From Wallemia ichthyophaga EXF-994 (lineage: Eukaryota; Fungi; Basidiomycota): a DNA stretch of 248,000 nucleotides. Location: contig NW_008806280.1 in NCBI RefSeq assembly GCF_000400465.1, positions 20,001-268,000 on the forward strand, read 5' to 3'. Shown piece after piece: positions 152,646 through 164,768 of this stretch. The notes below the pieces were generated by a model. That model was not told the origin of the DNA. It searched no databases and worked only from the letters and a program-made list of their open reading frames with translations. Each line of letters begins with the position of its first letter. Positions within the stretch are counted from its first letter, which is position 1. The translations under genes were made by a program, and so were the position numbers.

Positions 152646-154023
152646 TCAAATGGCATTCCTAATCGATTCAGCGACCGGGGAGAGTGGTTGACTGGTAAAA
152701 TTTTGTTGGTAGGCTTGTTGATGGTGGTGTGGTTGGTGTTGTGGTTGATATTGTTGCTGGTGTTGTTGCTGGTGATTTTGCTGCTGCTGCCCACTCTGCC
152801 CACTCGTTACACTCGGATCAAGCGTAATTAACTCATCTTTAATCGCCTGTCTTGCAATCTCGTTGAGGTCTTTGGTCAGTGTCATGAGAATTTTCTTCAG
152901 TTTACCCTCAGCCTTCCAAATTAGATCGAGTGAGTGTATTGGGAGATCTGACTTGAGTGTAGATGTGCTGTTATTGCGTTTAATGCTCTGCGGATGAGTA
153001 TCTGAGAAAGACATGGACATTGACATGGACATGGGTGCTGTGAGGCTGTTGTGCTGAGATGTTTGCGCAGAAGCCTGACTTTGCAGTGATGCTGATGATG
153101 GCTGTGTTGATAGTTGGGGGAGTTGAGGTGGAGGCGATGAGGCTGTATTCGTTGGTGATAGACTGAATGTGTTTGCTGTGTTAGGACCATGACTATGACT
153201 ATTCACCGTCGATAATGGCGATAGTGGACTTGACATTGCAGGACTTGTTGAGTAGGGATTGCTGCTATTGTTCACCACATTCGACCCTAGTGTTGAAGAT
153301 ATTTTGCAATAGATCTGTACCAAGATATCACACAGTGAGTAAATGACTTCAAAGTAAGACAGCTGGAAGGGTATATTAGGGTTAGTGAGGTATGTAATAT
153401 CAGAGGTATCGCTATTTGCTGTTGGACGTTTAGAGTGCTTTGTCTTGAACAAATTTTTGATCTTTGGTTTATAATTGTCATCGTCTAGATTATCATATTC
153501 AGAGAGAGTAGCTGCGAGACTCTTGATAAAGTCAGCTGGCTGGTTGTTATCAAGGTGGTAGCTGAGTGAGAGGCCAAGAACGAGAAATTTGTGTGTTCTG
153601 TGGATGTATTTAAGAAATGTAACCTAATAAAAAGATAAACGCACCTCTTTGACATTTTGTAGTCGTCCAAAGATGGTTCTAGGTCTGATCTAGAGAGTAA
153701 TACCGTATTAAACCAGTGTAAACGGCTGTATAAGCTATTAAACCAAGAGCACTTCATCTAGCACACCAAACTTACCCCTCATACGCCATTCTCATCAGCT
153801 TAAACGACTTGATACGCTTAACCATCGTATCATTGAGCAAATCAATGCCATCTGCATCTGAGGAACTGATAGCGATATTCTCCACTGGATCGCTGTTCTG
153901 CCTGGAGCGAGAAGAAGATGCGGATGTGCCGAGTGTAGATAGCAAATTGGATGCAGAAGACTTTCTCCGGATACCTTCACGTCTGCTAATTGGAGTTGAG
154001 TCGTTGTGAAAGAGTGTTTCCAT
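152646..154023 (-). CDS. Conserved fungal hypothetical protein
   Basis: Multi-exon; YLTNPNIPFQLSYFEVIYSLCDILV. Confidence 0.7.
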
Positions 154024-154212
154024 TATTTAGAGATTTTATGATTTTACTTGAAATTAAAAGAGTTGCTTGAAATTTACTAGAGTTGGTTTGAATTAATAGA
154101 GTTTAGCCGTTGGTGGTCTTGGTCGATGAGTAATTCCCATGACGGAGTTTTCGAGTAAATGGAGTGAGCTATCGAATCAGTTGAAGGAGTTAGACGGTGT
154201 ATTTGGCTGTGA

Positions 154213-155319
154213 GTGGAGTTTTATGCTACAGACACAGCACCTCACCTCACTCACCCAGCACCTACAGCACACGCCAATTCACCGACGACAAGCTACCTAA
154301 ATGAATCTGAAATGGATATATTTGGCTCATTCCCTCTTTCATCCATCAACGATGATGATGATGCGCTTAAAGTGGTTAATTGCACTGAATGTGCGAGACC
154401 AGTCCAGAAGTCTGCGTTACAAGTACATTTGATTAACTGTGCTCAAATGAAACAAATATCGCAGCAAAACACAGCTATAAACACAACTACGAAGAGATCT
154501 AAAATTAAGAAGGAAGATACACCAACTCGGACACCTACACCTTCTGCAGAGAGCACACACAGCACAAACAACAGAAAGAGAAGACTGAGTGATGTCTCAC
154601 AGCAATCCACAACTTTGTCCGCATCCCCTCAAAAGAAGAGTCGCAAATTAGACGTCGATAAGCCGAAGAATAAGGCAGCCAACAACAAAGACAAAGAGAA
154701 GGACAAGGAGAAAGAGAAAGGCAAGAAGGACAAGGATGAGGGGCCAATAGACTTAGACAGTCAATGTGGCGTGATCAACGCCAAAGGTACGCCTTGTTCA
154801 CGTAGCTTGACTTGCAAAACCCACCCTATGGGCGCTAAAAGGGCGGTTGAGGGGCGTACTAAGCCATATGACGTGCTTACGTATGAGTTTGAACTAAAGC
154901 GTAAACCTGAATTGGCTGAGAAGCCATTACCCAAGGCTGTCACGCAGTTTGAGGCGGATAGGGCGGCGAATGGGAGGAAGAAAACTGGACAATCGGAGCA
155001 CACAGCGCAAACAACCACGTCCGCTCACGCTCCTATTACGCCCACAATCACACCTCGCTTACAACCACCTCACCCACCACCTATGCCTCCCAAACCAACA
155101 ATAGTGGAGAAGCCAGTTGGCGTTACATCGTGGGATGATTTCAGCAAATATGATGAACCGTTGCTGCCCGCTTCAGGAATTGAGCTCGAGTTGGAAGTCA
155201 CCAAGATACGCGCTGCCACGACTAGCCACCGCGCGCGTCCACTCGCAGCACCTGCTAATAGAATGGCGGGACTGGTGAAGAAAAGAGCGACACTCGGAAG
155301 ATGTCTGATGAAATGTTGA
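154213..155319 (+). CDS. SGF73: SAGA subunit Sgf73/ataxin-7
   Basis: SCA7 domain QCGVI...CSRSLTCKTH.MGAKRAV.GR. Confidence 0.9.
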   Translation: MEFYATDTAPHLTHPAPTAHANSPTTSYLNESEMDIFGSFPLSSINDDDDALKVVNCTECARPVQKSALQVHLINCAQMKQISQQNTAINTTTKRSKIKKEDTPTRTPTPSAESTHSTNNRKRRLSDVSQQSTTLSASPQKKSRKLDVDKPKNKAANNKDKEKDKEKEKGKKDKDEGPIDLDSQCGVINAKGTPCSRSLTCKTHPMGAKRAVEGRTKPYDVLTYEFELKRKPELAEKPLPKAVTQFEADRAANGRKKTGQSEHTAQTTTSAHAPITPTITPRLQPPHPPPMPPKPTIVEKPVGVTSWDDFSKYDEPLLPASGIELELEVTKIRAATTSHRARPLAAPANRMAGLVKKRATLGRCLMKC

Positions 155320-155378
155320 AATAGAAAATATTTAAAACAGTGTACTTTTACTTGTAATCTAACGTCATCTACCACCTA

Positions 155379-155822
155379 ATGCAGCAAAAGAGGCATAAGA
155401 ATGACGATGGAGAGGAATTGAGGCCGCAGAAGCGTAAAAGGGAGGGAATGCTAGAAAGATCGCTTTCTAATTTGCAGTTGGAGAATGTTGGAGAGAATGA
155501 GAACAAGGATATTGAAATGACAAAATCCGGGAGCTATGAGGCGGATAAGAATAGAATAGTAGTCTACGATATTGATGAATATCAAAGTGACAATGAGGGC
155601 GTGGGTGATGATAATCATGCTGATAATCAACCCAAATACAAGCTACCGAAGCTTTTATCCAATACTCACGATATTATGTACAAAAGCATGTGGCAGCAGA
155701 GAAAACAAGGGGAAGGAGAGAAGCAACTTGTTTTGTATAAGCCATTGCACATACCCACGCAAGGCACGCAAGAGACGCAAGGGACTGCGACTGATACAGA
155801 TGCAGTGGCCATGGAACAATGA
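155379..155822 (+). CDS. Hypothetical protein
   Basis: 147-codon ORF ending with QLVLYKP. Confidence 0.55.
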   Translation: MQQKRHKNDDGEELRPQKRKREGMLERSLSNLQLENVGENENKDIEMTKSGSYEADKNRIVVYDIDEYQSDNEGVGDDNHADNQPKYKLPKLLSNTHDIMYKSMWQQRKQGEGEKQLVLYKPLHIPTQGTQETQGTATDTDAVAMEQ

Positions 155823-155862
155823 GTATCTGAGTATCTGAATATATTCAAATGCATCTATATAT

Positions 155863-156705
155863 TTACCTGCTCATATCAAAATTCCTAATATCACAAACTT
155901 TACCAAATGTGTCTAGCTCTTGACGGAGAATATCCGTGATTTGTTTACGTGTTTCAATTTCATCGCCTTGTCCATTTCTAAGACTATTTAGGAGAGGATC
156001 TACCGTGTACTGAATAGGATCGCCCACATCCACCGTAATATCAGCGTTGAATGACGGAATAGCCGTATAAGGTCTACCATCGACAAACACGTCATTGAAC
156101 CCGGTGAGATGTATAGGGAGGATGGTGGGTGTATGCTCTGTGAGCGTGAGTACTCTACCCACGCCCCACCTGAATGGCCGCAGCGGTGAGGGTGTTATGT
156201 GTGGATTGAAATTGGGTGGAGGAACGTTAATCCTGCCTTCGGGGAACATGGACACCTGGTGAAACTCAATCAAGATATGCAACAGAGGCAGTCTATCCAC
156301 CCACCCACTTGGCTTCATCGAGCAACTGGGCCGCATGAGACACGGCAGATTGATCCACACCACTCCCTCTATACGTTTCAAGCACCTGTCCAGCTTGGAA
156401 GAAGGTCCGGAAGAGAGCATTGGTGAATATTACATCGGACGCGCCTAAAGTCCACCGCCTCCATTTCGGTTTGACGAGTGTGGATAGTGGAAGTATAGCT
156501 GGCCATAGTGGATCTTCTCCGCTGTCAAGTAGTTATTAGAGGCAATTAGGAGCACACTTGGCACCCACACTGCTCTGTGATTCGTTATCGTCAATACACC
156601 GCGATCACTCGATAGCGCTGCGTTGAGCTTGTCTGCCCCTCGCACACGCAGCGATCTAGTGCCATAGCGGTAGAAGAGCTTGGCTAGGCTGCTCACTGTG
156701 AGCAT
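155863..156705 (-). CDS. TAZ1: Tafazzin acyltransferase
   Basis: TITNH; FPEG; FRWGVGR. Confidence 0.85.
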
Positions 156706-156788
156706 TATTGGGAGTGTTAGTCTGCTGCTCGGTGGTTTTGTTGCGTATTTCATCATTCTATACGACGTCTTCCTTGTTCAGGACAAGC

Positions 156789-157865
156789 ATGGCTACACAC
156801 ACGCAGACTGAAAATAGACAGCCTACGTCTATCATATTGCTGGGAATGGCTGGCAGTGGCAAATCCACCGTTCTCCAACGCCTCAACAGCTACCTTCACG
156901 CACAGAACGATGCACCATACGTAATAAACCTTGATCCAGCAGTGCGAGAACTTAACTACTCGGCGAATATCGATATAAGAGATACAGTAGACTACTCTAA
157001 AGTTATGAAGCAGTATAATTTGGGTCCCAATGGCGGTATCATCACGTCACTCAATCTATTCACAACAAAGTTTGATCAGGTGCTGGGATTGATAGAGAAG
157101 CGTAAAAACAGCGTCAACAACATTCTCATTGATACGCCTGGTCAGATTGAAATATTTACCTGGTCTGCATCCGGTGCGATAATCACAGACGCTATAGCTT
157201 CAGAGGTGCCGACGGTGATTGGGTTTGTTGTGGACACCCCACGCACAATGGCGCCAGCGACTTTCATGTCTAACATGCTTTACGCTTGTTCAATTCTTTA
157301 CAAAACTCGCCTTCCACTGCTTCTGATATTCAACAAGACAGATGTACAGGATTGCTCGTTTGCGAATGAGTGGATGACTGACTTTGAGTCATTCCAGGCT
157401 GCGTTGAGCAGTAGGAGCGCTACCTCCACCCACGCCTCCACCAACCAGAACGAAGAACCTAGCTATATGAACTCGCTGATGAACTCGATGAGCTTGGTGT
157501 TGGAAGAGTTTTACGCTAATATTCGATCTGTTGGCGTCAGCGCTATGACGGGAGATGGTATGCCTGAATTCTTTGACGCTGTGGACAAGTGCAGAGGTGA
157601 TTACTACAGCGACTATAAACCAGAACTCGACAGATTGCGCAAGGAGAGAGAGGAGAAGAGCGAGGCTAGCAAGCAGGATAGCATAGATAGGCTGATGAAA
157701 GATATGAAGACGGGTGGTGAGGAAGAGCAACCCATCGAATCTGATGCCAGTGAGGAAGAAGGCGAAACGTTAGATGCACAGGATATGAAAGAGAGAAGGG
157801 GTATGAATGCTACAGCTAACGACGTAGCTAATGATGATGGTACAAGCTGGCCTACAAACCGATAA
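156789..157865 (+). CDS. NPA3: GPN-loop GTPase 1
   Basis: [22 protein letters not shown]. Confidence 0.94.
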   Translation: MATHTQTENRQPTSIILLGMAGSGKSTVLQRLNSYLHAQNDAPYVINLDPAVRELNYSANIDIRDTVDYSKVMKQYNLGPNGGIITSLNLFTTKFDQVLGLIEKRKNSVNNILIDTPGQIEIFTWSASGAIITDAIASEVPTVIGFVVDTPRTMAPATFMSNMLYACSILYKTRLPLLLIFNKTDVQDCSFANEWMTDFESFQAALSSRSATSTHASTNQNEEPSYMNSLMNSMSLVLEEFYANIRSVGVSAMTGDGMPEFFDAVDKCRGDYYSDYKPELDRLRKEREEKSEASKQDSIDRLMKDMKTGGEEEQPIESDASEEEGETLDAQDMKERRGMNATANDVANDDGTSWPTNR

Positions 157866-158292
157866 TTGAAATGCATTTGCTATTTATTCTCGATATCCCT
157901 CTCACGTCAGCTGCGATTAGCCTATTGATATTGTACGATTGCGTGGTGTAGATTGAGTGCGCAATATCCAACTTGTCGTTGTCGACAAGATATTGCAATA
158001 ATTGGGGCAATTTAACTATCTGCTCTAGCAACACGGATTGCTTCAAATTGGTGGTGTCCTCAACATTCCCAATCAGTGCTAGTCGATCGCGTAAAGAGCT
158101 GGTAATTGGACTGAGCTCCTCTAAAGACGTCTTCATCACGGTCATATTATCAGAGGACTGTATCAGCTCGTAGTGATGATCGAAAATGAGCTGCTGGCGG
158201 GAATTCTCGAGCTGACGAATTGATTTATTAAGGCTATTCGATAGGCTGATGAGATCTTTTAAATTTAATTCTGACTTGTCGTTCACGGACAT
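157852..158292 (-). CDS. Vps51-like protein
   Basis: I..LE.S.Q.L.FDH.YELI pattern. Confidence 0.55.
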   Translation of the reverse strand: MSVNDKSELNLKDLISLSNSLNKSIRQLENSRQQLIFDHHYELIQSSDNMTVMKTSLEELSPITSSLRDRLALIGNVEDTTNLKQSVLLEQIVKLPQLLQYLVDNDKLDIAHSIYTTQSYNINRLIAADVRGISRINSKCISIIGL

Positions 158293-158324
158293 TTGGAGGT
158301 TTCCTGTATCAAACAAGGACAACC

Positions 158325-158766
158325 ATGGTGTGTATTTACATTGAATATTCAGTGGATTCATTAAAATTCTTATTCTTATCAACAGCTCCCACTCACTCTA
158401 CTCAACGCTGCACAGAATAAGCCACTGCTGGTTGAGTTGAAATCAGGCGAAACTTTCAACGGCCATTTGATAGCCTGTGACAACTACATGAATCTCACAC
158501 TCAAGCAAGTCTTTCAAACCAGTCCAGATGGCGATGTTTTCTACAAAATTCCTGAGTGTTACATACGCGGTAATACCATCAAGTACATTAGAGTGGCCGA
158601 CGAGCTCCTTGATCAGATAAAGGCGACACAGGACAGGGACAGAGAGCAGTTCAAGAGTCAGAGAGGTTCCAACGACAGAAGCGATAGAGGTAGGGGTAGA
158701 GGCGGTAGAGGCGGTAGAGGCAGAGGCAGAGCTAGAGGTAGAGGATCACATAACAATAACCAGTAA
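158325..158766 (+). CDS. LSM4: Lsm4
   Basis: [10 protein letters not shown]; [10 protein letters not shown]; RG tail. Confidence 0.94.
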
Positions 158767-158791
158767 CAGCACTAACAAAGTCATTTATATT

Positions 158792-159628
158792 CTACCCTAC
158801 CATACTCTTCTTGCGCCCACGAAGCCTGACATCATGTAACTTGATATTCACCTTGTTCCACTCGGCATCACCTACTCTGCGTGCATAGCTGTTGAGCAGC
158901 GTTGTGTACTCTGCTTCAAACGCCGGGTGTGTGCTTCCAAACGCCCTCTCGAGAACATAGAGATCAACAGCCCTATCTTCTGCGCTGGTGTAGTGCGTGA
159001 TAGGTTTGAGGGATGACAATCCAAAGTCTATGATATACACAGCATTCGGATGGTGTTTAAGGATGAGGTTCGATGTGCTATTCATGTGCATTAGCTGGTT
159101 ACTTAATTGTTCAAACCACCCACGTTAAATCACCGTGTATAATCCCCGACAGATGCAATACAGCTATCTGTTCACCGACAAGCTGCATAAGCGTGTCTCT
159201 GTCAATACCTACACTCTTCATATCCAGTCTCATCCCGTCATCAGCTTTCACTTGGCCTTCGGCTTTACTCCCCAGCCACTCCCGCACACTGTATCCATCC
159301 AGCCACTCCATAGCCACCATTCCATCACGACTATCTGTGAACACCACTCGCGGCACCTGCACACCCAGCGATTCTGCTCTGTTCAGCGCCTTCACCTCCG
159401 ATTGTATCCTTTGCTTATTTAAACTTCTATCCAGTGTCGCATGTCGGTATTTCTTCGGGAAGCGCCACTTGAGTATCATTGAACGCTCCTGCGATTGGCT
159501 CAAATACACCCTCTGCCGAACTGCTTAGATTGTCGCTCTATTTATACACTCCAACTAACCGCCTCCGCTCCTTGCTTTATCAGCTGCGATTCGCCCCGAA
159601 GCTCCTCGCTCGTCCTCGTATTCGCCAT
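158792..159628 (-). CDS. BUD32: KEOPS kinase
   Basis: PKKYRH..LD; HGDLT; IDFGL; RGRKKSMVG. Confidence 0.93.
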
Positions 159629-160519
159629 CACCGTTTCTATCAAGGAGTATATTAGTCGAGAGTTATTCCTCACGCTGATAAACTACACGCGAATATACTC
159701 TTTATCTGTCTCAAATATCCTTGTGATAGTGTTCTGCAACCTTCTACACTCGCATGGCCAATTGTGGCATGACGCAGGGTATGTGTATCGATTATAGGGC
159801 AAGCCCTGAGTTACAAAAGCCATTGAAAACCATTGCCTCCTCAAAACATCTTTATGATTGCTTGGATCTTTAGATGTCCATCACATTACGATACTATTCC
159901 TTGAGATGCTAGGATTAATCTCAGCGACCGTTTTATAGGGTTTTGTCAGCCCAGCTGTTTTGTCGTGGCTTTAAACCTAAGCACAGCAAACGCTCCCAAA
160001 CTTGTGTGTTGCACAAATAATAAATCAACACTGATTCACAGTACTCACTACTATACTCTTTTTGAGGCCATGGTAAAGAAGCAAATGTGTTGAATGGAGC
160101 GTGTTTATTTGACTGGAAAATTTTCAAGTTTCACCATGACCGTTCCACGTGGTCCACATGTTTGTGTCACCAAACATACATACTATCTTCAGCTCTGCAG
160201 CTCTAACTAATTTTCAATTACTCTTTCAACCCCATTATTTTAAACTTTGAAATGCACCTTGTCTACCCAAACCCCCGATTTCACAGTTTTGATGACCCCC
160301 ACTTCTCTATAGCTAGTTCTCTTCTTCAAATTATAAAGTGAGGCGAAATCGCAATAACAGTTCCCTTGTGCCATGTTCGAGTCCTGTAGACGCCACGCAT
160401 GTAAACCGTTTGTCGCAGATATTGAGCCGAATAACTGATATTTTTAGGTATTTGTAGTATCCAAAATGCATAATGCTTTGGATTCATCTATTAAGCGCGT
160501 TAAATCCTCTGTATCTATC

Positions 160520-160850
160520 ATACAGGTGCTTCAGAGTGATTTCGGACCATTGCTTCCGACCAGCGTGTAGGGCGCAAGTCGGAGCTCCAGGGATCTAACT
160601 CTGACAAAATCATACTCATCTAATCCAGAGCAACCAAGGAACCTCTTTTATTTGGAGATCGTCAAAAGTCGTAAATCACCATCTAAGATGGTGGATATTG
160701 AGCGTAGGGTTGAGATGAGGACTTACTTGAAATGCTGAAATTGTCATACTAATGATGGTCTTGCTAGACTGTTCAAATTGGCAATAAATGGTATCCTTGC
160801 GTTCACCTTCTCACTTTATTGGCTATTTGTAGGTTGAGCTGAGCATATTC
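160520..160850 (+). repeat. Dispersed decayed repeat, copy B
   Basis: Aligns by eye with 105.4-105.8 and 226.2-226.55 kb. Confidence 0.7.
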
Positions 160851-161073
160851 AATGAAATGGATAGAGCTGCACTATCTATAAAATTCTAAAGAGCTGTAGC
160901 ACACATTCAAACCCGTCTGCTATCCTTTGAAATCGGTGATTTAAGTCGCAGATAAAGTATTTCCGCATCACAAAGAGGGCAGAGTTGTTGAAATGAGTTC
161001 ATACATTTGAAGATAACTCGTTAAAGCAAATAAACATGAGACATTAAAAAACTGGTTAGACAGTACATGTAAG

Positions 161074-162725
161074 TCACACATATCTTCTCCCTTCTTGCAG
161101 CTTGCTAATGATGGTGGGATGTTCATATTTCCAATATGATCCATCTGGGTAAGTATATTTTTCGATCGATTCCTGATGCATTTCGATGCTATTGTGGGAA
161201 TGTGAGACTAGCAATGGGAATCCAAAACAACCCACCTATATCCACAACTTTTGTCCAGAGGTGCATTATATCTGCCATGTGAATTGACGCTTACCGGATA
161301 CTTGAAGTGTTCGTGTAGATGGTCGACCCACTCGACAACGTTGCGATCGAATGTGGGTGCTATGGAAATGAAATCGATCATGGACAAGTGAACAACGTAT
161401 TCACACAACCCGACACCACCAGCATGAGGACATACTTGAGAGTATTGAGTGTTAGTGAAGTGCGAGATTGAGGCTGAAACGATTTTGCCTACCTGGTACA
161501 CCGAACTTGGCAGCCAACAGCATCACTGCTAGGCATTCATTAACTCCAGCGAGACGACATGCATCTATTTGGAGAACATCTATAGCTCCTGCTTGAAGAA
161601 GCTGCTTGAATAGAACCCTGTTTGCGCAGTGTTCTCCAGTAGCTACTCCGATTCCGATATCTTTCAACCCTTTGCGTATTCTAGCATGACCCAAGACATC
161701 ATCAGGCATTGTGGGTTCTTCAATGAACCATGGTTTACATTGCTCGAGTTTCTTGACGTACGCTATAGCCTCTTCGACATCCCAAACTTGGTTTGCATCA
161801 ATCATTAAGACGTTGCCTGTGAATCAACGTGAGCAGGATAGACCAATTGCTTCTCAACTCACCAGTGGGACCTGCATTCTTCCCTTCAATAGTCTTAGCG
161901 TGTACCCGCTTATCCTTGTTCTGATACTGAGGATCGTCGATGATATCTCTGATCACCTTGGCTCGAGCCAAGTCATCATCCACTGAAACGCCGACTTTAA
162001 GTTTAAAATGGTTGAAGCCAAGATCGAGTGCCTCTTTTGTGAGTCTCTGAACCTTGTCGGTGGTGTAACCCATCCAACCGACACTAGTAGAATAAGCTCT
162101 TAAACCTTCTTGTAAAGCTCTTTTCTCGCGCTCAGTTTTGGTTGACTGCCTCTCGTGCAGCATTTGGACAGCTTCTTCAGGTGTAAGAGCATCGCTGAGG
162201 TATTTGAGAGAGCTACACTTGACAATCTCTTCAGGAGTCATGTCAACGATAAGCTTCCACAGAGGCTTATTGCGAGATCTAGCGTACATATCCCAAACAG
162301 CATTGGCTACAGCCCCAGTCGCAAGATGAATAACACCCTTTTCTGGACCAATCCATCGAAGTTGACTGTCTGAGGTCAGAAGCTCCCACATAGCACCCAT
162401 GTCAGAGAAAAGGCTCTCTATAGGCATACCGACGAGCTTATCTGAGAGCTGTTTGATAGCTTCGATGACTATATCGTTTCCTTTACCGATAGTGAAAGTC
162501 ATTCCAAATCCTTTGAGGGTATCAGAGGCAGCAGCATTAGAATCAGCATTGGGAGTAGTATTGAGGATGACATAAGCAGCAGAGTAATTGCAATCAGTGT
162601 TCATTGCGTCAGTGCCATCGCTGAGACGCGGTTGAGATAAGAGGGAGATGTGTAGGAACAACGCACCCAGAGAGAGAGGTGGGAAAGCGAATATCGTGAG
162701 TAGAATAGCCAGTAATAATAGACAT
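161074..162725 (-). CDS. L-fuconate/L-galactonate dehydratase (ENOSF1-like)
   Basis: DGTDAMN.D..YS; HFKLKVG; IDANQ.W; CPHAGGVG. Confidence 0.9.
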
Positions 162726-163057
162726 GCTTGTGATAATGATGGTTGAGGTTCCTGTCGATTGCGCTTAAATAGGCGGTGCTTCGTGGCATCATTCGACCGA
162801 GAGATAATCGGGGTTGATTAAGGGCTGAATTGAATTATAATCTTGATTTTGCGAACGATAGGATTTAATTTGATATTTAATAGCAGATGATATCTGCTGG
162901 AGTCGGTTGAATGATGGGACGAAGAGGTAGCAGCCAGTAAGGAGTAATCTATGACATTGAAATGACGCAGTACTACTCAATGAGCACGATAAGAATTTGA
163001 ATAATCGTACGACATCGTTGCTCTCTTGAACATAACACATCACAGTGAATTAGAATT

Positions 163058-163902
163058 ATGAAATTTATTTTGGTAGCTATAGCCGCGTTAATCGCTAATA
163101 CCGTGGCTACTATCGACTTAGTCAAAACACGTATCCACGGTGTGGATGAATTGGGTTCGGATGTCCATCACTCGTCTTTTGGCAGCAGCGTGCAGTTGGA
163201 GCGAGACGCGAATGTGCAATACACCTTCTACACAGCTGCAGATGGAGACACAGTCACACCACACAAATCCATCATCAGCTTCATCGATTACGCAACTGGG
163301 CAGTACTGGGAAGACGTCGTTAGTATTCGAGATTCTGATGGCAGGGGTAGATACACGTTGAGAACAGTCAAATTCCCACTCAAAGCGAGCAACTGTCTTG
163401 TTAGGTTGTTCGTCGCAGCCAATGGCGAAAGCAGCGCATTTGATATTGGCACGCTTTCTTTTTCTGAAGACGCAGCAGCGGAAACAACAACCGAAAGCAA
163501 GACACCAGAAAAATCTATCCTTGCACCACTCCCTGAGATAACACACACATTCAAAACTGAACCAAAACATACACCTCTAGCTATCAGTGGGTTGGCTGCT
163601 ATATTCATCAATGGATTACCTTTGCTTGTGCTTCTAGGAGCTGTAAGTTAAGCGTGTGATGTTTAATCTCAACTAACGTAACACCCCCTCAGATATCATA
163701 CATCCCGCTCAACCTCAGACAATCTCACAGCAATCTCGCTTTCATTGGCACTATAATAGCCTTTGAAGGTCTCCTGCTTACATACTGGGTCAAGCTGACA
163801 CTATTTCAATTCATACCATTCGCTGTGCTCAACGGTCTTGCTCTCTTCGTATCGGGAAATCGAGCTTTAAGAGTATTAAAGAAGAGGCGCGAGGTAGCGT
163901 AA
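163058..163902 (+). CDS. SWP1: Oligosaccharyltransferase ribophorin II subunit
   Basis: Signal peptide; PLPEITHTFK.EPK; C-terminal TMs. Confidence 0.82.
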
Positions 163903-163958
163903 AACATTTGTATTTCATTTACTCAAAATGCATTGATACTCTTCTCACCGCACTTTCA

Positions 163959-164762
163959 ATGTCCACTTGGAGAACAATCGCAGCGCTGCCGGAGCATCTG
164001 CAGCCAGTCGGCAGTGAAACTATAGACAGACTGCGATTCATGCATCTCATCGAATATGCCAAAACACAAAAGAGAACTGGCTGGCTGAGAAGTGGCGTGA
164101 ATGGTGCAGAGAGTATCAGCGACCATATGTGGAGAATGTCGATAATGAGTTTGGTGTGTGCTGACGAACGCATCGATCACATCAAGTAGGCTGCTATCAT
164201 TACACTTAGGCCATTTCTAATGCCCCCTTAGAGCTTCGCAGATGGCCATAGTCCACGATATAGCTGAATGCATGTGAGGATGGCCTGATTAGCAAAAAAT
164301 ATTGGCCTCGCTTACTCTTCCTCTTTATAGTGTCGGTGACATAGCCCCTTCTGATAACATAACAAAACCAGTGAAGAATAATCTTGAAAGGGTGCGTTAC
164401 ATTTACGTCGTGCCATAATCTCACCAGCCTCATAGCAAGCTATGAATGACATAGTGCATAAATATCTCCATGGAAGTTATCAGGCGAGATACTTGATGGC
164501 TATTTGGGAGGTGAGTGTTCAAAACACTCATTGCGTCATTCACATTACGCAGGAATACGAGCAGCAGTCTTCCGCTGAATCCACCTTTGTCAAAGATCTC
164601 GACAGACTTGAAATGTGTCTGCAGGCATTCGAATACGAAAGGATACAAAACATCAATCTAAACGGTTTTTATACATCACTAGAAAGCATTAAAAACGATC
164701 AAGTAAGAATATATGCGGAGCTGCTGATCCAAGAAAGGAAACATTTGTTCAATATTACTTGA
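163959..164762 (+). CDS. HD-domain 5'-deoxynucleotidase (HDDC2)
   Basis: KRTGW..ESISDHMWRM; VHDIAE; VKDLDRLEM. Confidence 0.88.
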
Positions 164763-164768
164763 TAGCAT